A stretch of 64,000 nucleotides of DNA from an uncultured Candidatus Actinomarina sp. (lineage in GTDB: Bacteria > Actinomycetota > Acidimicrobiia > Actinomarinales > Actinomarinaceae). Under the pieces are notes generated by a model. It had not been told where the DNA came from. It was given only the letters and a program-made list of their open reading frames with translations, and did not search any database. The DNA lies in NCBI GenBank assembly GCA_902566515.1, contig CACFIX010000002.1, forward strand, positions 19,566 through 83,565, in the 5' to 3' direction. Of the stretch, positions 62,183 through 64,000 are shown one piece after another (positions within the stretch are counted from its first letter, which is position 1; each line of letters opens with the position of its first letter). The position numbers and the translations under genes are program-made.

Positions 62183-62227
62183 TTAAACCTTTAGTTCTTT
62201 GAATATCATAACCTATTTTTAGTATTT

Positions 62228-62428
62228 TTATCTGTTTATTAATGAAGCAATTGACCAGATAGTAATTACAAGACCAACAATTGTTAAAAAAATTGTTCGT
62301 GTAAAGAAAATTTCAGTACCCTCTTTGTTTGATTTGAGCAAAGCTGCAATATTTCCAGCTACCATTGCTGCTCCAACACCAAGAAGAAGAAGAATTATTG
62401 TTAAATCTAGTGCAAATGGATCATTCAT
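62228..62428 (-). CDS. small membrane protein (2 TM)
   Basis: 66 aa with two hydrophobic helices. No family. Confidence 0.4.
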   Translation of the reverse strand: MNDPFALDLTIILLLLGVGAAMVAGNIAALLKSNKEGTEIFFTRTIFLTIVGLVITIWSIASLINR

Positions 62429-62438
62429 AACTTATATT

Positions 62439-63296
62439 ATGATAATGAATATGATCGAATCTAGTGAAGTAGTAAAAATATTTTTAGATTATGAAATTTC
62501 TAATATTAAAGATGAAAAAAAATACACCATCTCATCCCTAGATGGAATAACAAATAATACGGTTGTTGTAGGCGTAGATAATAAAAAGTTTGTCTTGAGA
62601 ATTCCCGGAAAAAATCCAGACGTTATAAATAGAAAATCTGAAAAACTTAATTCTATTAGAGCTTATGAGGCTGGATTAACGCTTCCGTTTATACTTTTTG
62701 ATGAAATTACTGGAATTAAAATTTCAGAATATTTCGATATATATACATACAAGCAACAAGATTTTAACAATAAAGAAATGCGGATGAATGCATTTTATAT
62801 ATTAAATGAATTGCACAATTCAGATTTGGTACTTGAAGAAAATTTTTCACCTCTAAAAGTTTTTCATAATATTGCAGATGCTTCTCACTCAGTAGAAAAA
62901 GAAGCTATTGAAGTTGCTTCAAATGTTATAAAAAAGATAAACGAAATTGGAATCAAAAATGTACCGTGTCACCAAGATCTTTACCATGCAAATTTCGTAA
63001 TCTATGAAAATAAAACAATTCTTATTGATTGGGAATACTCATCTATGGGAGATAGCTACTTTGATTATGCAGACTTATTTTGGCAAAATGAATTTGATCA
63101 TAACGACGAATTTAAAAAAAGTTCATTAATAGAAATAGGGATAGAGTCTGACGAAGATATTGAAAAATTTGAGTACTTTGAAATGCTCTCTATGATTACT
63201 TGGGGCCTATGGGCGTTAAGAAGGTCTCCAAATGATAATGATGGCTTAATAGCAATAAATAATGCAATAAAATTAAGCAAAATTAAAAAACTTTGA
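62439..63296 (+). CDS. choline/ethanolamine kinase-like (APH fold) phosphotransferase
   Basis: Brenner motif 'CHQDLYHANFV' and 'LIDWEYSSMGDSYFDYADL'. Start moved to ATG 62439 because the ORF-track N-terminus is antisense to the 62228-62428 gene. Confidence 0.7.
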   Translation: MIMNMIESSEVVKIFLDYEISNIKDEKKYTISSLDGITNNTVVVGVDNKKFVLRIPGKNPDVINRKSEKLNSIRAYEAGLTLPFILFDEITGIKISEYFDIYTYKQQDFNNKEMRMNAFYILNELHNSDLVLEENFSPLKVFHNIADASHSVEKEAIEVASNVIKKINEIGIKNVPCHQDLYHANFVIYENKTILIDWEYSSMGDSYFDYADLFWQNEFDHNDEFKKSSLIEIGIESDEDIEKFEYFEMLSMITWGLWALRRSPNDNDGLIAINNAIKLSKIKKL

Positions 63297-63367
63297 AAAG
63301 ATTTTCAGTTAATGGTGAAAATCAGTTAGAATTTCGCAGTTAGGAAAAAAGGAAAAAAATTTAATTT

Positions 63368-63463
63368 ATGGGATCTTTGATCAAAAAAAGACGTAAGAAA
63401 ATGTCAAAACATAAATATCGTAAACGTCGTAAATCAAATAGACATAAGAAGAAAAGCGTCTAG
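63368..63463 (+). CDS. 30S ribosomal protein bS22 (actinobacterial 31-aa basic peptide)
   Basis: Hand translation gives MGSLIKKRRKKMSKHKYRKRRKSNRHKKKSV. Compare 'MGSVIKKRRKRM...' of mycobacterial bS22. AGGAAAAAAGGA upstream. Confidence 0.8.
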   Translation: MGSLIKKRRKKMSKHKYRKRRKSNRHKKKSV

Positions 63464-64000
63464 CTAGAGTTCTCTCTCTTCATTTAAAAAGTCTTCAATC
63501 TGCTGGACTAAATTGTCTTCAGAGAAGTTGTCCTCAATACTAACTTCGGCTTCCTCAAGCTTAGAAACATAGTCAGCTAGGTCTTGAGAGTTCTCCATAG
63601 CTTTACTTATTTTCAGTTCAAACTGCTGACCTTCACTTTGTATGCCAGAGTCATCAATATCAATTTTTAATATCTCAGAAGTTTTGTTTAAAAGTGCGCT
63701 CATTCCTTTAGGATACCCACCACTACTTAAGTAATGCGGAACAGCAGCCCAAAGACCAGAAGTCTCAATTCCATTATCTCTTAAAGATTGTCCAACAACA
63801 CTTGTTATGCCTGTTGGTCCTGAGTAATTAGGATTGAGAACATTAAAGCGAGAGTGAAATGTAGGATCCCCACTAACGCCGAAAATTGGAACAGGAAGAG
63901 TATGTGCTACTTGTCCAAAAAAAGCTCCTAAGGTAACAGCTTTTTTGACACCTAGCTCTAAAAGGGTTTCTGTTATATTTTTTGAATATTCTTTCCATCT
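63464..64000 (-). CDS. PAC2 (proteasome assembly chaperone 2) family protein, partial (5' end beyond the window)
   Basis: The minus-strand frame stays open upstream of the ORF-track Met. It reads '...ETSGLWAAVPHYLSSGGYPKG MSALL...', and 'LWAxVPHY' is a PAC2 hallmark as I recall it. Acidic C-terminal tail. Confidence 0.55.
   Translation of the reverse strand, partial: RWKEYSKNITETLLELGVKKAVTLGAFFGQVAHTLPVPIFGVSGDPTFHSRFNVLNPNYSGPTGITSVVGQSLRDNGIETSGLWAAVPHYLSSGGYPKGMSALLNKTSEILKIDIDDSGIQSEGQQFELKISKAMENSQDLADYVSKLEEAEVSIEDNFSEDNLVQQIEDFLNEEREL

Noticed and set aside
62325-62438. Long N-terminal extension (MFDLSKAAIFPATIAAPTPRRRR...) of the kinase-like ORF.
   Set aside because: It is the antisense frame of the 66-aa membrane-protein gene at 62228-62428. 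The kinase fold begins after the ATG cluster at 62439-62453.
1-64000. CRISPR arrays, long tandem or interspersed repeats, and IS elements.
   Set aside because: I found no regularly spaced direct repeats. The only repeats are the 15-nt gyrA triplet, the 43-nt tRNA-Ile duplication, short motif repeats in spacers, and conserved arms shared among the tRNA-Ser genes.
1-64000. GATC avoidance as indirect support for a DpnII/MboI-type specificity of the islet R-M system.
   Set aside because: GATC is plainly present at many places (e.g. agatct and ggatc sites in dnaA, gyrB and elsewhere). I cannot compute observed/expected ratios by eye. A methylating host would not need avoidance anyway, so no claim is made.

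Overview
This 64 kb window comes from a very AT-rich, gene-dense, apparently streamlined actinobacterial chromosome, and it spans the replication origin. Lineage markers are bS22, CrgA, DUF3566 after gyrA, PASTA kinase PknB with PstP, a CwlM-like protein, a PAC2 protein and ask-asd. A low-GC marine actinobacterium such as Ca. Actinomarinales is my guess, not a demonstrated fact.

The core backbone is argR, cca, nudix, trxB, cwlM-like, then parB-parA-rsmG-jag-yidC-yidD-rnpA-rpmH on the minus strand. It continues with the oriC region and dnaA-dnaN-DUF721-gyrB-gyrA-DUF3566 on the plus strand. About 25 consecutive plus-strand genes follow dnaA.

Further along are:
- a compact cobalamin riboswitch with a solitary BtuF-like binding protein;
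- a PFK with an aldolase-like gene;
- an exporter locus (PG-binding adaptor, MacB-type ATPase and permease) bracketed by four paralogous acidic Cys4 lipoproteins of a family I cannot name. This is the best candidate for an undescribed system;
- an orphan block at 28.9-31.5 kb;
- a TPP riboswitch on the minus strand, hidden inside an over-extended ORF, that controls a sodium:solute symporter;
- a solitary CbiM/NikM-PDGLE gene behind a TTGCAA-N5-TTGCAA palindrome;
- a 1.85 kb integrase-less islet bounded by 43-bp direct repeats of the 3' half of tRNA-Ile, carrying a DpnA-like m6A methyltransferase and a PD-(D/E)XK nuclease;
- a minimal pstP-pknB cluster;
- serS split by a frameshift in an A8 run;
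- tadA followed by tRNA-Ser x3 and tRNA-Arg(ACG);
- dnaX with an A9 run positioned for tau/gamma production;
- murJ, ask-asd and dcd.

I saw no rRNA, CRISPR array, transposase or integrase. All family calls come from motif recognition by eye, and no searches were run.
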